A stretch of 64,000 nucleotides of DNA from Thermoplasmatales archaeon (GTDB lineage Archaea; Thermoplasmatota; Thermoplasmata; Thermoplasmatales; Thermoplasmataceae): NCBI GenBank assembly GCA_027310185.1, contig DAIDBH010000017.1:96001-160000 (forward strand), in the 5' to 3' direction. Made by a program: the position numbers and the translations under genes. This document shows, piece by piece, positions 11,185 through 22,180 of the stretch; positions within the stretch are counted from its first letter, which is position 1; every line of letters begins with the position of its first letter. Below the pieces are notes generated by a model. That model was not told the origin of the DNA. It worked only from the letters and a program-made list of their open reading frames with translations, and made no database searches.

Positions 11185-11571
11185 ATGAATATGGAAATTC
11201 GAATGAAGAGCAAAAAGAGCTTTGAGGAGGTGTGCTCAGAGGTTTCAAAAAAGGTTAGTGAAGTAGGTTTCGGAGTACTGGCTGAGATAAAGACGAGTGA
11301 TGTTTTGAAATCAAAGGGGTATGAGTATTTTCCCCTCAGGACTTACGAGATATGTAACCCTGGATATGCGTCAAAGATATTGAATACTGACGTCAGGTTT
11401 GAGTCACTGCTTCCCTGCAGAATTGTGATAAAGGGAACAAAAGATGGGAGTGAGGTTATAGGACTTCTGCCTGAAGCCATGGCTGGACTGGTTGGAAACA
11501 GAAATGTGGAAGATACAATGCTGAAGGTTCAGGAAGTAATTAAAAAAATTGTTGCTGACCTCGCCAGATAA
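11185..11571 (+). CDS. DUF302 family protein
   Basis: GFGVLAEI, ICNP.YA, LLPCRIV. Confidence 0.8.
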   Translation: MNMEIRMKSKKSFEEVCSEVSKKVSEVGFGVLAEIKTSDVLKSKGYEYFPLRTYEICNPGYASKILNTDVRFESLLPCRIVIKGTKDGSEVIGLLPEAMAGLVGNRNVEDTMLKVQEVIKKIVADLAR

Positions 11572-11652
11572 ATTATTTCTAATGAATATATCTCATGAAT
11601 AATTGATGAATATTCTGCGAACCTCTTTTATGTCATCAAGAAATACCTGATC

Positions 11653-12468
11653 ATGAAGTTAACAGTAGCACACACGCCAGACCCGGATGACGCATTCATG
11701 TTTTATGCAATGATCACTGGAAAAATTAAGACCAGTATGGAGTATGAACAGATAATAAAGGATATTGAAACACTGAATCATGAAGCTGAAACAGGGATGT
11801 ATGATGTAACGGCAATATCTGCAAATGAGTATGCAGATGTAAATGAAACATATGCTCTCACAAGATCGGGAGCAAGTTTTGGACTCACCTATGGACCACT
11901 GGTTGTTGGTAAGAGTGAGGTAGATTTCAAGAAGGCGATTATAGGATCACCAGGACTTGGAACATCTTCGCACCTCCTATTCAGGATGTTTGTGGAGAAA
12001 GACGCAGACCTTAGGCCAATGAGATTTGACCTCATACCTGATTCAATCATGAAGGGAGATATACAGGCAGGAATAATAATTCACGATGAACAGCTTACTT
12101 ACCAGAATAAGGGCCTGATAAAACTTGCAGCGATCTATGATAAATGGAAGGAATACGCAGGTGACCTGCCGGTTCCACTTGGATTTAATGCAATAAGGAA
12201 ATCACTTGGAAAAGAAGTGATTGCCAATTACATTAAAGATTTTGAGAACTCTATAAAATATGCACAGCAGCATGTGGAAGAGGCAGCAACTTATGCAATG
12301 AAATACGCGAGATACAAGGACCTTGAGCTGGAGACAAAATTCATCCAGATGTATGTTAACGATCTTTCAATAGACTTTGGAGAAAAGGGAAGGAAAGCCC
12401 TAAAAATGTATTATGATCGGGCTTTCAAGATGGGGTTGTTGCCAGAGTTCAAGATGGAAATAGTGTAA
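11653..12468 (+). CDS. mqnD: 1,4-dihydroxy-6-naphthoate synthase (futalosine menaquinone pathway)
   Basis: AHTPDPDDAFMFYA, DIETLN, GAS.G..YGP, IIHD/E, LP.PLG, MYVN. Confidence 0.8.
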   Translation: MKLTVAHTPDPDDAFMFYAMITGKIKTSMEYEQIIKDIETLNHEAETGMYDVTAISANEYADVNETYALTRSGASFGLTYGPLVVGKSEVDFKKAIIGSPGLGTSSHLLFRMFVEKDADLRPMRFDLIPDSIMKGDIQAGIIIHDEQLTYQNKGLIKLAAIYDKWKEYAGDLPVPLGFNAIRKSLGKEVIANYIKDFENSIKYAQQHVEEAATYAMKYARYKDLELETKFIQMYVNDLSIDFGEKGRKALKMYYDRAFKMGLLPEFKMEIV

Positions 12469-12579
12469 AAATTTCCTTAGTTATTAAGCCTTCCATCAAA
12501 TTCCAGACCTATTTGCTCTTATGATATCACCTTCTAGAATATTGCATATTTTTCTACGATACTCATGCAGGTGAACCTA

Positions 12580-13464
12580 TCACTTGATAGCAAAACTCTC
12601 ATTACTCCATATAAAAGTAAAATTATCCCATGTCATTTTTATCTGCGTAAAAATTAAGTAGTTATTTAATTCATCTAAATCTTTGGAATTTAAGGTGTTT
12701 ATGATAACTGTTTGATTGCACTGTATCGTAAAATTTTCATATGATATTCTTGAAACTTTTTTATCACTCATGTTGTAATAAGAAGTTGATATGATTACAT
12801 GAGCGATAGAATGCTTAGAATCCCCAATACAGAAAGCTTTTTCTGAAACATTACCATGTCTAGATTTATTTACTAAGTCAAGACCCTCCACGTGAATTAT
12901 ATAATTATTCATTTCAACACTTTTTGCAGATAGTTCTGTGTTATTGATCCCCCTCACTCCTAAGTAAGGAACTATAGCATAATTTCCAGGTATTGCCGGT
13001 TCGAATATTGGTTTTGTTGTTTGGTTTCCCTGATATTGGATGATTGTTCCGTTCCAGTTCACGGATATGAAAGTTTCTTTATTGGCTTTTATGGTTTTAA
13101 CCGGTATGGTTGTGTATAATGCCGTTGCACCATTAGTCTGCCTGTAATTTGATGTACAGTTTATAGCCTTTGTGAACACGTTATTATCATAACAATTAAT
13201 GTTGTTGAATACAGTTGATTGGTTTCCGATGTAATAAAGTTGTAGCCACGGGTTTGAATAAACTGATGTTTCAAAACTTGCTCCATTGAATGGTTCAATT
13301 GATATGGTGATATTGGTACCCTGATCAGGTTTTGTGTAATTTGATTGTGCAGCAAAATAACAGTTATAGTAGGGTTTTATTGATGATTTATATACGTAAA
13401 CTCCAGAAGTAGTAAAGATTGCAATTATGAGTATAATTATAAGTATCCTAAACTCTTTTTTCAC
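12580..13464 (-). CDS. hypothetical secreted/membrane-anchored protein, AT-rich
   Basis: N-terminal hydrophobic anchor, Asn/Thr-rich with many N-x-S/T sequons. Confidence 0.65.
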   Translation of the reverse strand: MKKEFRILIIILIIAIFTTSGVYVYKSSIKPYYNCYFAAQSNYTKPDQGTNITISIEPFNGASFETSVYSNPWLQLYYIGNQSTVFNNINCYDNNVFTKAINCTSNYRQTNGATALYTTIPVKTIKANKETFISVNWNGTIIQYQGNQTTKPIFEPAIPGNYAIVPYLGVRGINNTELSAKSVEMNNYIIHVEGLDLVNKSRHGNVSEKAFCIGDSKHSIAHVIISTSYYNMSDKKVSRISYENFTIQCNQTVIINTLNSKDLDELNNYLIFTQIKMTWDNFTFIWSNESFAIK

Positions 13465-14118
13465 TTTTTATCATCCTGAAGTTTTATTTATAATTTTATG
13501 AAGCTGTTGAATCATAGTTTTAGCCTCCTCCCATTTTAACACAAGAGCATGAGTAGTAACCTATTTAACCAAATGTACCAGTTCGACTTGTAGATCGATT
13601 GGATGCACAATTATCAAAATGTCATTAGTATTTATTTTTAAACTCGTTTTTAGTATATTGGCTGATGGATATGTTTATTTCCATTACCCGACTATTTTAT
13701 CTAATTTTGCTCTAATTTACTTTTTTTATCAGGTTTAAGCTCTTTCGTTGCTTAGATATATCTTTTCTTACAATTATGACTTATCTTCGGAAATTTGGTA
13801 TTGCTAGATATCTATGAGTAACTAACATATCCATTCATGGCTGGGTCTATATAGTATTGGAGAAATGAAGAATTCTCATCGTAATGAGCCTTCCAGGATT
13901 TTGGCTTCTCCATTCAACTATGAGGCCATGTTGCTATTCAGTAATAGATTCTTGTTATGGGAGCTAAACAATAATGGACTTTGCAAATTCCTTAATGGAA
14001 AAGAGAGAATAATAGAAATTTTATATTTTGACTTAAATAACTTGAGTTACTTTCCTTATTAACTAAGATTTCTAATCTGTGTGAGTTAGGTAATTTTCAA
14101 AGAAAATTGAGTAGAGAT

Positions 14119-15873
14119 CTAGTTCCTTACCTCTTCTGTCTTCATTGTTGAAGGGGATGCAGAAGGAGTAGGTGTTGGCGATCCTGTTTCGTTTATGATT
14201 TCCTTCTTGGAATCATCATATATGACCTTCCTGCCCCTGAGTGCTGAAAGTATTGCTCCAATTATGAAGATGAAGAATCCTGCTATAAATGCCATCCTTA
14301 AAGATGTCATGAATGATCCTGCAAGTGCAGTTGGGAACCATATCTTCCCCTCAAGTGTCAGAATTACTGAATGTGGTATTAAAGCGCTCAACCCTGCAAG
14401 TGCAGGTTCTGAAAGGATTGTACCCACCGGGTTATACCCCAGGAACGCTGAAAACAGTGCTGAGGTTGGGGGCAGCTTGTCAAATATGGGTATGAGAACA
14501 GGTGCACCGGACGTTGCAAGTGCGGGACCGAAAGAGCCCGGTATGAGTCTTGTTAAATATACCAGGACTATCGTGAAGAATATTCCCATGCTTGCGGTCT
14601 GCCCTGTGTTCTGCAAAGTTGCCCTCATTCCAGAAGCAACACCTCTTAGCTGTGGTTTTACTGAATTCATCACTGCCGTTATGTTAGGAGCTGCGAACAT
14701 TCCCATTCCTGATCCCATCATGAACAGCATTAAGGCAAATGGAACGTATGCAAAATTGTATGGCAGAGTTGCCAGCAACAGGAATGCAACTGCACTGATC
14801 AGCAATCCTACAGTGGATATGAGTCTTGCCCCTATCTTATCAGATAATGCGCCACTTACAGGACCAAACACCACAAATCCCAGCATCATAGGAATTGTAT
14901 AGATTCCGGCCCAGAATGGTACAGAACTGTAACTGTATCCATGAAGTGGAAGCCATATTCCCTGAAGAAGGATGATTATCATGAACATCAGTCCACCCAT
15001 ACCCATTGACTGTAGCATGCTTGCAAAACTCCCGGTTGCAAATGCCCTGTTCCTGAACAGGGAAAGATTGAACATTGGCTGTTCAACTGCTCTCTCTATG
15101 AATATGAATGCAACAACCATTATGACTCCAATAGTCATTGATGCAACTACATATGGGTTTCCCCATCCCATGCTTGAGTTGTCATATGGCATAAGACCGT
15201 AGGTTACACCCAGAAGTATCAGTGTAAGGCCTCCTGCAAATGCAATATTTCCTGGAATGTCCAATTTTTGTTTCTCGTGACGTGTCGAAGTTTCCTTAAG
15301 CTTGGCATAGGACCAGATTGTTCCGATGATACCAACTGGAACGCTCACCAGAAACACATCTCTCCAGTATATTGTTGCCAGTATTCCTCCCAGTATTAAA
15401 CCAATAAGGGACCCTGCAAGTGCTGCTATCTGGTTGAGACCCATAGCCTTGCCTCTTTCATTTGCCGGGAAACTGTCTGTTATTATTGCTGCAGAGTTTG
15501 CAAAAAGGAATGAAGCTCCTACTGCCTGAACCATCCTGAACAGGATTAATTCAAGTCCTGCCGTATCTCCTGTTCCCGGTGTAAGATATAGTAATATTGA
15601 ACCTACTGTAAAAATCAGAAACCCAAGGTTGAATAGCCTGACCCTTCCAAATATATCGGATAATCTTCCAAATGTCACAAGAAGAACTGCAGTTACCATC
15701 ATGTAACCCATCAAGATCCATAGAAGATATTGGAACGAAGAGCCAAGGAAGGGGTTCAGGTGTATACCTTTGAAGATAGCTGGTAATGATATCAACACTA
15801 TGGTGCTGTTGATTGATGCCATCAGGACACCCAGTGTAGTATTGGATAATGCGACCCATTTATACTGAACCAT
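14119..15873 (-). CDS. MFS transporter (DHA2/EmrB-like)
   Basis: GRLSDIFGR motif A, many transmembrane helices, ERGKAMG. Confidence 0.9.
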   Translation of the reverse strand: MVQYKWVALSNTTLGVLMASINSTIVLISLPAIFKGIHLNPFLGSSFQYLLWILMGYMMVTAVLLVTFGRLSDIFGRVRLFNLGFLIFTVGSILLYLTPGTGDTAGLELILFRMVQAVGASFLFANSAAIITDSFPANERGKAMGLNQIAALAGSLIGLILGGILATIYWRDVFLVSVPVGIIGTIWSYAKLKETSTRHEKQKLDIPGNIAFAGGLTLILLGVTYGLMPYDNSSMGWGNPYVVASMTIGVIMVVAFIFIERAVEQPMFNLSLFRNRAFATGSFASMLQSMGMGGLMFMIIILLQGIWLPLHGYSYSSVPFWAGIYTIPMMLGFVVFGPVSGALSDKIGARLISTVGLLISAVAFLLLATLPYNFAYVPFALMLFMMGSGMGMFAAPNITAVMNSVKPQLRGVASGMRATLQNTGQTASMGIFFTIVLVYLTRLIPGSFGPALATSGAPVLIPIFDKLPPTSALFSAFLGYNPVGTILSEPALAGLSALIPHSVILTLEGKIWFPTALAGSFMTSLRMAFIAGFFIFIIGAILSALRGRKVIYDDSKKEIINETGSPTPTPSASPSTMKTEEVRN

Positions 15874-15956
15874 CTTTAATCATGCGCATATTTCAGGGTT
15901 GTATAAATACTTAATTCATAATTGATTAAGTAATGAAATATTAATAACTATTTTAT

Positions 15957-16505
15957 ATGCAAAAGCAATTATGCATCATGTTAGGCAGAAAGGGAGCTAT
16001 AGTTTTAACCGTAGCGCTTCTCATAATATTTTCTGGAATGACCTATGTGACCATATTCAACAGTAAGACAGCCCTGTCAACATCTGGTGGTTATCTTAAT
16101 GTTACAGCATCACAATCACAAAAGCAGCTTGGGTTTGTAAAAGAACCGGGCTGCATAGAATTTAACATAACTGTTAAGACTGATGCATCCACCGTGTCCA
16201 TATTTTCCTTTGGAAATGTTTCGACAGGTTCAGGCAGTTATACAAACCTTACGTCTTTCATCAATACATCATCGACGTATAACGGCCTGGTCGTAAATTC
16301 AACAGACAGATACAACTATGTGACCGTGACTAACTTTAAGAATGATACTATAATAAACCTGAAAATGATGGTTTCATCACCTGCGTTTGAGAATATGCAG
16401 TCATTCAATCCTCAAAACAGAGATACGGTGTATCCTGTGACGATCCTGGTTATAGGCTCGAACGATGGGGCTGATGGAACCGGGTTCGGACTGGTTAAAC
16501 TGTGA
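15957..16505 (+). CDS. hypothetical secreted protein
   Basis: Signal-like hydrophobic N-terminus, Ser/Thr/Asn-rich. Confidence 0.6.
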   Translation: MQKQLCIMLGRKGAIVLTVALLIIFSGMTYVTIFNSKTALSTSGGYLNVTASQSQKQLGFVKEPGCIEFNITVKTDASTVSIFSFGNVSTGSGSYTNLTSFINTSSTYNGLVVNSTDRYNYVTVTNFKNDTIINLKMMVSSPAFENMQSFNPQNRDTVYPVTILVIGSNDGADGTGFGLVKL

Positions 16506-16649
16506 GTTGTTCAGATATGTTTTTCAGGAAAAAAAGTATGGAAAAAGTGGAAAAACAGGTCAATAGAATGCAAATTTATGTATTTATGTTTGCCGGTATT
16601 TTCAAAATATTTATGAACCATAAGATTTTAACTGACTGAGGGTGAAAAA

Positions 16650-18332
16650 ATGACGAGATTTGTATTAATATCAGATAGCACATTGAGTTATGAATACAGG
16701 AATTTTCCACTTCTAGATTTTCTACCCTGTGCGCCTGGAAAGGCAATACCAGAAAGAGTTTACAAATTCCTGAAGGGGCCGGCTCCACCTGCTAAGCCCA
16801 ATGGCGAGACAGTGTTTGCACCATATGCAATAAGGAAGCTTGAAGCCAGCCTTCTTACAAAATTCAAGAGAGAAGAGATAGCTGTTGCACACGAGGATCA
16901 TCTTGAAAACTTTATCAAGGATGATACTGAAATAATAGCGGTCTCAACCATGGATCCACTTGGTATTGGACCGACCACAATGTCCTACTATGCCCTATTC
17001 GGTGGCAATCTCGATGCATGGGTAAGGAGAGACTGGGATAAGCTTATGGACAGGATCAATGTGGTGAGAAAGGGAAAGAAGGCAAAACTGATCGTTGGTG
17101 GACCCGGTGTATGGGAATTCACAATTCTCAGAGATGAGATAGAGAAATACCATTATGATTACGTTTTTTCAGGTGAGGCAGACGATATCGCACCAATGTT
17201 ATTTGATCAGATAGCAGCGAATGATATAGATAAAAATGTGTTCAGAACTGGTTTCGTAAGTTATGATGAGAACTTCAAGAGGGTTACGATCAATGATCCA
17301 CTTTTCCTGTCAAGAGGATTTTCCAAAGCCGCATATCCAAGGCTTGAAGAGATACCAAGAATTGTTGCACCATCCATGAAGGGAATGGTTGAAGTCATGA
17401 GAGGTTGTGGTGTGGGATGTGATTTCTGTGAAGTAACACTAAGGCCACTTAGATATGAACCCACTGAAAATGTTGTTGCTGAACTTAAGATAAATGCAGC
17501 CGCAGGTTTGACGAACGGTTGGCTTCACTCTGATGAATTCTTCGGGTATAAGCATGGTAATTTATTTGCGCCAAATGAAGAAGCCCTAACAGAACTTCTT
17601 ACAGCAGTAATGAATGTTAAGGGTATCAAGACATCTAATCCAACCCATGGTCGTGTTTCCATCCCTGCAGGTTATCCGGAGATGATGGAAAAGCTTTCAA
17701 AGATCCTGAAAACTGGACCGAGAAACTGGATAGGTATCCAGACGGGAGTCGAGACTGGTAGTGATGAACTGGCCAAGAAACATATGCCTAACAAGACCCT
17801 TCCGCTCAGGATAGGTCCAGATGGAAGCTGGCTGGATATTGTCTGGCAGGGTGTATATGTGGAAACAAAGAACTACTGGAGACCTGCATTCACCTTACAG
17901 GTTGGCCAGAATGAGGAGACTGAAGATGATAACTGGCAGACGGTAGAGATGATAAACAGACTCAGTAATTCCTATTCTGAAGGAGGCAGACCCTTTGAGT
18001 TCACGGTAACACCACTGGTAAATGTTCCCCTTGGGAGGATAAAATCAAGATCACTCAACACAAATATGCTTACAAAGGATATGATGGCAGTCTACTATGC
18101 ATCGTACAGGCATCTATCAAAAATGGCTACAAGAGACGGTTTCAGGGATACTGACGGGAACTTCCTTTCAAGGATAGGAACTGGATCTCTTATTTCTGGC
18201 GGCGGTTACCTTATGATGAAATACATTGAGAAGAGGGCTGCAAAGATGGGAGTAGACATAGAAAAAGTAAAACACTATGGAGTGGAGCATTCCCGGGATA
18301 TTACATCTCTATCGGCACTTGCAAGAGCATAA
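16650..18332 (+). CDS. B12-binding-domain radical SAM protein, probably GDGT ring synthase (Grs) family
   Basis: RGCGVGCDFC (CxxxCxxC), APYAIRKLEASL, IVGGPGVW, QTGVETGS; the N-terminal pattern resembles GrsA/GrsB as I recall them. Confidence 0.7.
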   Translation: MTRFVLISDSTLSYEYRNFPLLDFLPCAPGKAIPERVYKFLKGPAPPAKPNGETVFAPYAIRKLEASLLTKFKREEIAVAHEDHLENFIKDDTEIIAVSTMDPLGIGPTTMSYYALFGGNLDAWVRRDWDKLMDRINVVRKGKKAKLIVGGPGVWEFTILRDEIEKYHYDYVFSGEADDIAPMLFDQIAANDIDKNVFRTGFVSYDENFKRVTINDPLFLSRGFSKAAYPRLEEIPRIVAPSMKGMVEVMRGCGVGCDFCEVTLRPLRYEPTENVVAELKINAAAGLTNGWLHSDEFFGYKHGNLFAPNEEALTELLTAVMNVKGIKTSNPTHGRVSIPAGYPEMMEKLSKILKTGPRNWIGIQTGVETGSDELAKKHMPNKTLPLRIGPDGSWLDIVWQGVYVETKNYWRPAFTLQVGQNEETEDDNWQTVEMINRLSNSYSEGGRPFEFTVTPLVNVPLGRIKSRSLNTNMLTKDMMAVYYASYRHLSKMATRDGFRDTDGNFLSRIGTGSLISGGGYLMMKYIEKRAAKMGVDIEKVKHYGVEHSRDITSLSALARA

Positions 18333-19433
18333 TTGGGAAAGATAATAAAAAACCCTGAACCTCTGGAAACGGCGTATATTCCAGGATATCTCATTAACAG
18401 GGACAGTGAGCTGGATTCTCTGCAGAAGAATGTAGTATTTCCTGTGATGAGCGGTTTATCAAGCAATATTTTTATTTATGGACAGTCGGGTACGGGAAAG
18501 ACCGTTACCCTCAAATTTCTTTCATCCATGGAAACCGGCTGTTATTTCCACTATGAAAACGCCATATCTGCGGGTTCCTTCAAGAGGATTGTGGTAAAGA
18601 TTCTCAATTCACTTGGAAAACAGGTCTCAGAGAAACAGCCATTTGATTCCCTGTTCATGAGTCTTAAGAGGTATATTTCCAGGCCGATCATACTCGTTGT
18701 GGATGAATGCCTGAATCTTGTAAAGACTGATCCTGATGGACTCTACAATGTACTGAGGTCAGCAGAACTCTATGACCTTAGGATGGGCTTGATCCTTGCA
18801 TCAGTAGATAACCCTGCCCTTCACATGACATCCAGGGAGATCAGGAGGATCGGTATTTTCAATGAAATGAAATTCAGCAAGTATTCTACTTCAGATCTTT
18901 CAGGCATCCTGGATTACCGTTCAAGAGAATCACTTTATGACGGTGTTATTGAACCGGAAATTATTGAAGGTATAGCATCCATATGCTCCAGGTCTGGAAG
19001 TGCGAGGATGGCCATAGAGATATTGCAGAAAGCAGCCTTCATGAGTGAATATGAGAACAGGAGGATGATTGACCTGGAAACTGTAAGGAAAGCTTCTGCA
19101 ATGATCAACCCGTATATCACTGAAAGTAAATTGATGGAACTGGACCAGAAGGAACTGCTCATCCTTCTATCAATTTGCCAGGTACTTGAAAGGGACATCG
19201 ATGCAACAATGGAACATATAACTGACCAGATAGGCATCAATTTTGAAACCAGGGATCAGACCATCCCTGACCTGCCACTTATTTACAGGGCCATAAGACA
19301 TCTTGAGTCCCTGGATATAGTGGAGAGTGTGAGAGAAAGTTCAGGCAGGGGAAAGGGCGTTAAAAAGAGGTTTTTCATGGATGATCTACCTGTTTCAGTC
19401 CTCATACAGAAAATATTTGAAATAATAGAATGA
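18333..19433 (+). CDS. cdc6: Orc1/Cdc6 family AAA+ protein
   Basis: Walker A GQSGTGKT, Walker B ILVVDE, GSARMAIEIL, C-terminal winged helix with GRG. Confidence 0.85.
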   Translation: MGKIIKNPEPLETAYIPGYLINRDSELDSLQKNVVFPVMSGLSSNIFIYGQSGTGKTVTLKFLSSMETGCYFHYENAISAGSFKRIVVKILNSLGKQVSEKQPFDSLFMSLKRYISRPIILVVDECLNLVKTDPDGLYNVLRSAELYDLRMGLILASVDNPALHMTSREIRRIGIFNEMKFSKYSTSDLSGILDYRSRESLYDGVIEPEIIEGIASICSRSGSARMAIEILQKAAFMSEYENRRMIDLETVRKASAMINPYITESKLMELDQKELLILLSICQVLERDIDATMEHITDQIGINFETRDQTIPDLPLIYRAIRHLESLDIVESVRESSGRGKGVKKRFFMDDLPVSVLIQKIFEIIE

Positions 19434-19437
19434 GGCT

Positions 19438-21453
19438 TCAGAACCACCATGAAAGATCTGGCTGTTTTTTTATAATTAGCTGCGAGAACAGGAAGTCGAA
19501 AGGCTCAAAGTTTCTAAGGAGAATCTTTGTATAGAATTTCCTGTCAACCGGTTGATCATCAAAATTGACAACCTTTTTTGCTGAATCGTTGATTATAACA
19601 TTCATGGACTGCCCTGGCATGATCTCGATTCCATCTTCCATCAGAGACTCCATTGAGGCTTTCTGTATGTTGTTTACCCTGTAATCCTGATAATATTTTG
19701 ATGGCCTCAACGTGAGTAAAAAGTCACTTTTCTGGAATTTGTCAATGTTTCCCATATACCTGTTTTTTAATTCCACATATCTTGACTGTATGTAGTGATC
19801 ATTCACTCCGGGTTCAAGTTCTTCAAGAAGCCTCAGGACATCCTCCTGTGCTTTTATCACAACTGTCGGAGAGTCTGAACGCCTGATTCCTATCCCCCTC
19901 ACCTTGTAGCTTCCATCATATTTCAGGCCGAAATACCTGTTCAGGGCACCAAGACCAGATCTTGCAGGCAGAAATACCATCCATTTATAGTACCCATCCA
20001 TCACTATATTTATTGAAGTCTCCTTTCTAACCCTTTTCAGTAGTTTCTGTATATCCCCATTACCCTGAATAAACAGCGAATCCACTATTCCATGTATGGG
20101 TGTAAACCCCTCAGATTCTCCTATCCTCATGGCCATCTCAAGTGCCCATCTTCCAACGGAGGTTATGGCCTCATGCATCTCTATCTTTCCAAACCTTGCG
20201 TTCTTGAACCCTGTATACCCAAATGATGTTAGAAGAAGCCATTTCAGCACCTTATCCCTCATTTCAAAATCCTTCCTGATCCTCTTGTTATACTTGTATA
20301 TGAGCCTCCTCTTGAGAAGAATATCAAGTGATGATGGAATGAATCCCTTTAAAACACTGGTGCTGTATGGATTGTCACCTGGCAGTTTTACCTGTTTATC
20401 AATCCCGATTGTCTCAGGAGACATGTTGAAATGATGCATTATGGATGGATACATTGATGAGAAGTCAATCTCGTATACGTTCCTGTAGAATCCCGGTAAT
20501 GGCTGAAATACATATCCTCCACGATCACTTTCCATGAAAACATTCAATGGCTTTGGATCTTCATGATCGTCCTTGTCTGTGATTATAAGAATCCCTGATC
20601 TTATGGCCTCATAGTTTTCCATGGATGATACGGCGGTTCCAGGTGTTACCCTGCATACTGTCTCCGGAGAGAGTCCAGTTATGCGACTTATCTCGAATAT
20701 GCCTTCAAGGCCACCTTCTTCATACATGAATGAGTTACTGTTTATTGATATCCTTCCATTTATGTGTATTGATGGCGTTGAATATGAGACCCTTCCATAT
20801 GACATGAATGACCTGCCACCAGATGTTCTGTATCCTATCCTCTTACCGATGATCATGTCAATGCGTGAAAGGAATGCTGCCATTGAGCTTGCATCGTCGT
20901 ATATTATTATGGGAGAACTCTGGAAATTATCCATGAAAAATTTCATGGCATCCATTTCATTGGTGAATTCCGTGCTATTTATTTCAGCATGCTTCCATCT
21001 GTATCCGTTGTATTTAACACTGCATTTCATGCAGGGTATTTCTGGATCATGATCCAGTGGGCTTTCTATGGAAAAATAGGTTAAATTGCCTGCAGACATG
21101 ATCTTCAGTCCCGGATCGAGAAGACCGTTATATATCCGGAATTTTCTTCCGTATCCTATGCCCTTGATTATTTTTATGAATTCCCTTTCCCTGTTCTGGG
21201 CTATATAAATTCTCAGGCCTTCAACCCTTGAATATACATCCCTTTCCACCGAATGCTCATAAACTATGTCCCCGGCATCTTCAATCTGCCTTTCTAGAAA
21301 ATCCATATCAAAAGGGTCTCCAGTGACAAATATCCAGTTTCTCCAGTGGATCTTTTCATATCTTAACCTGCCATTTTCATAAACCCACAGGAGAGGATTC
21401 CTGCCTGTTGTAAGATTGACTATTGTTCTACTGCTCATGGTTGATTCTGCCAA
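19438..21453 (-). CDS. polB2: archaeal family B DNA polymerase, PolB2/Dpo2 type
   Basis: Motif A YEIDFSSMYPSIM; K.LL..SFGYTG; motif C altered to HGIVDSLF; degenerate exonuclease domain. Confidence 0.85.
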   Translation of the reverse strand: MAESTMSSRTIVNLTTGRNPLLWVYENGRLRYEKIHWRNWIFVTGDPFDMDFLERQIEDAGDIVYEHSVERDVYSRVEGLRIYIAQNREREFIKIIKGIGYGRKFRIYNGLLDPGLKIMSAGNLTYFSIESPLDHDPEIPCMKCSVKYNGYRWKHAEINSTEFTNEMDAMKFFMDNFQSSPIIIYDDASSMAAFLSRIDMIIGKRIGYRTSGGRSFMSYGRVSYSTPSIHINGRISINSNSFMYEEGGLEGIFEISRITGLSPETVCRVTPGTAVSSMENYEAIRSGILIITDKDDHEDPKPLNVFMESDRGGYVFQPLPGFYRNVYEIDFSSMYPSIMHHFNMSPETIGIDKQVKLPGDNPYSTSVLKGFIPSSLDILLKRRLIYKYNKRIRKDFEMRDKVLKWLLLTSFGYTGFKNARFGKIEMHEAITSVGRWALEMAMRIGESEGFTPIHGIVDSLFIQGNGDIQKLLKRVRKETSINIVMDGYYKWMVFLPARSGLGALNRYFGLKYDGSYKVRGIGIRRSDSPTVVIKAQEDVLRLLEELEPGVNDHYIQSRYVELKNRYMGNIDKFQKSDFLLTLRPSKYYQDYRVNNIQKASMESLMEDGIEIMPGQSMNVIINDSAKKVVNFDDQPVDRKFYTKILLRNFEPFDFLFSQLIIKKQPDLSWWF

Positions 21454-21655
21454 TCATTTCCATGATTACGGATATGAGAAATGCAGTTTCTGGAGACAGC
21501 CTTGAAAGATCCATCTGGGACGCGTGAATCCTCCCCATGAGGAGTATTTCATCAAATATTTTCCTGTCCCTTTCAGGCATGGAGCTCTCCATGGATTTCA
21601 TTGTCTTTGCAAGACTTTCCATAACCTGCCTTGACGTGTAGGTATTTCTGCCCAT
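21428..21655 (-). CDS. small PolB2-associated protein (arCOG07300-like)
   Basis: MGR.T.T.R... small helical protein directly upstream of polB2, as in the known operon. Confidence 0.65.
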   Translation of the reverse strand: MGRNTYTSRQVMESLAKTMKSMESSMPERDRKIFDEILLMGRIHASQMDLSRLSPETAFLISVIMEMIGRINHEQ

Positions 21656-22089
21656 TTTTCATCACCCCCTGTATCCTGCGTGTAAAATGCCCTCTTCATT
21701 AAATGGTTGGTTCTCACACTTAACGGTGGTTTCCCGATAAATTCAACGAATGCAAAAAGGCCCCTGGTAATAGGCCATATGGCCATTGCATCCATCATGT
21801 AGCTTACAGATTCTGAGTCCCAGTCCTCCACCGCCCTGCTATTCAGAACCATTGCACATGCTGCTGTATCCTGCTCTCCCATTACCCTTATGAGCTGGTG
21901 GGATGTCAGTATCCTCTGTATCCGAACGTCTCCGGCTGAGAGATTTGAGAGGAATGCTGGCGAAAGCATTATTCCATCGGTTATGAGAAGGTTCAGTGAA
22001 TCAGCACCTTCAAATTTCTCCAGTATATGTTCCTGAGCTGTCTCGGAAAATGAGTTGTATACAATTATGGTCAGTGAGCCCCTGTACAT
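21598..22089 (-). CDS. putative inactivated RadA-like protein of the PolB2 operon
   Basis: Operon position; V.IQR..T.HQL motif; no Walker A. Confidence 0.5.
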   Translation of the reverse strand: MYRGSLTIIVYNSFSETAQEHILEKFEGADSLNLLITDGIMLSPAFLSNLSAGDVRIQRILTSHQLIRVMGEQDTAACAMVLNSRAVEDWDSESVSYMMDAMAIWPITRGLFAFVEFIGKPPLSVRTNHLMKRAFYTQDTGGDEKWAEIPTRQGRLWKVLQRQ

Positions 22090-22180
22090 AAATTTGAAAA
22101 CTCTTATTTCCCTTAATAAGCTTTGGCATGAGAAAAAAAATGAAAAAATGTAATTTTTCCCTGAAATTCAAGGTAAACAG

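Noticed and set aside
22090-22180. ANTTTC-like damage-response boxes upstream of the PolB2 operon
   Set aside because: Short AT-rich motif expected by chance here; cannot be supported.
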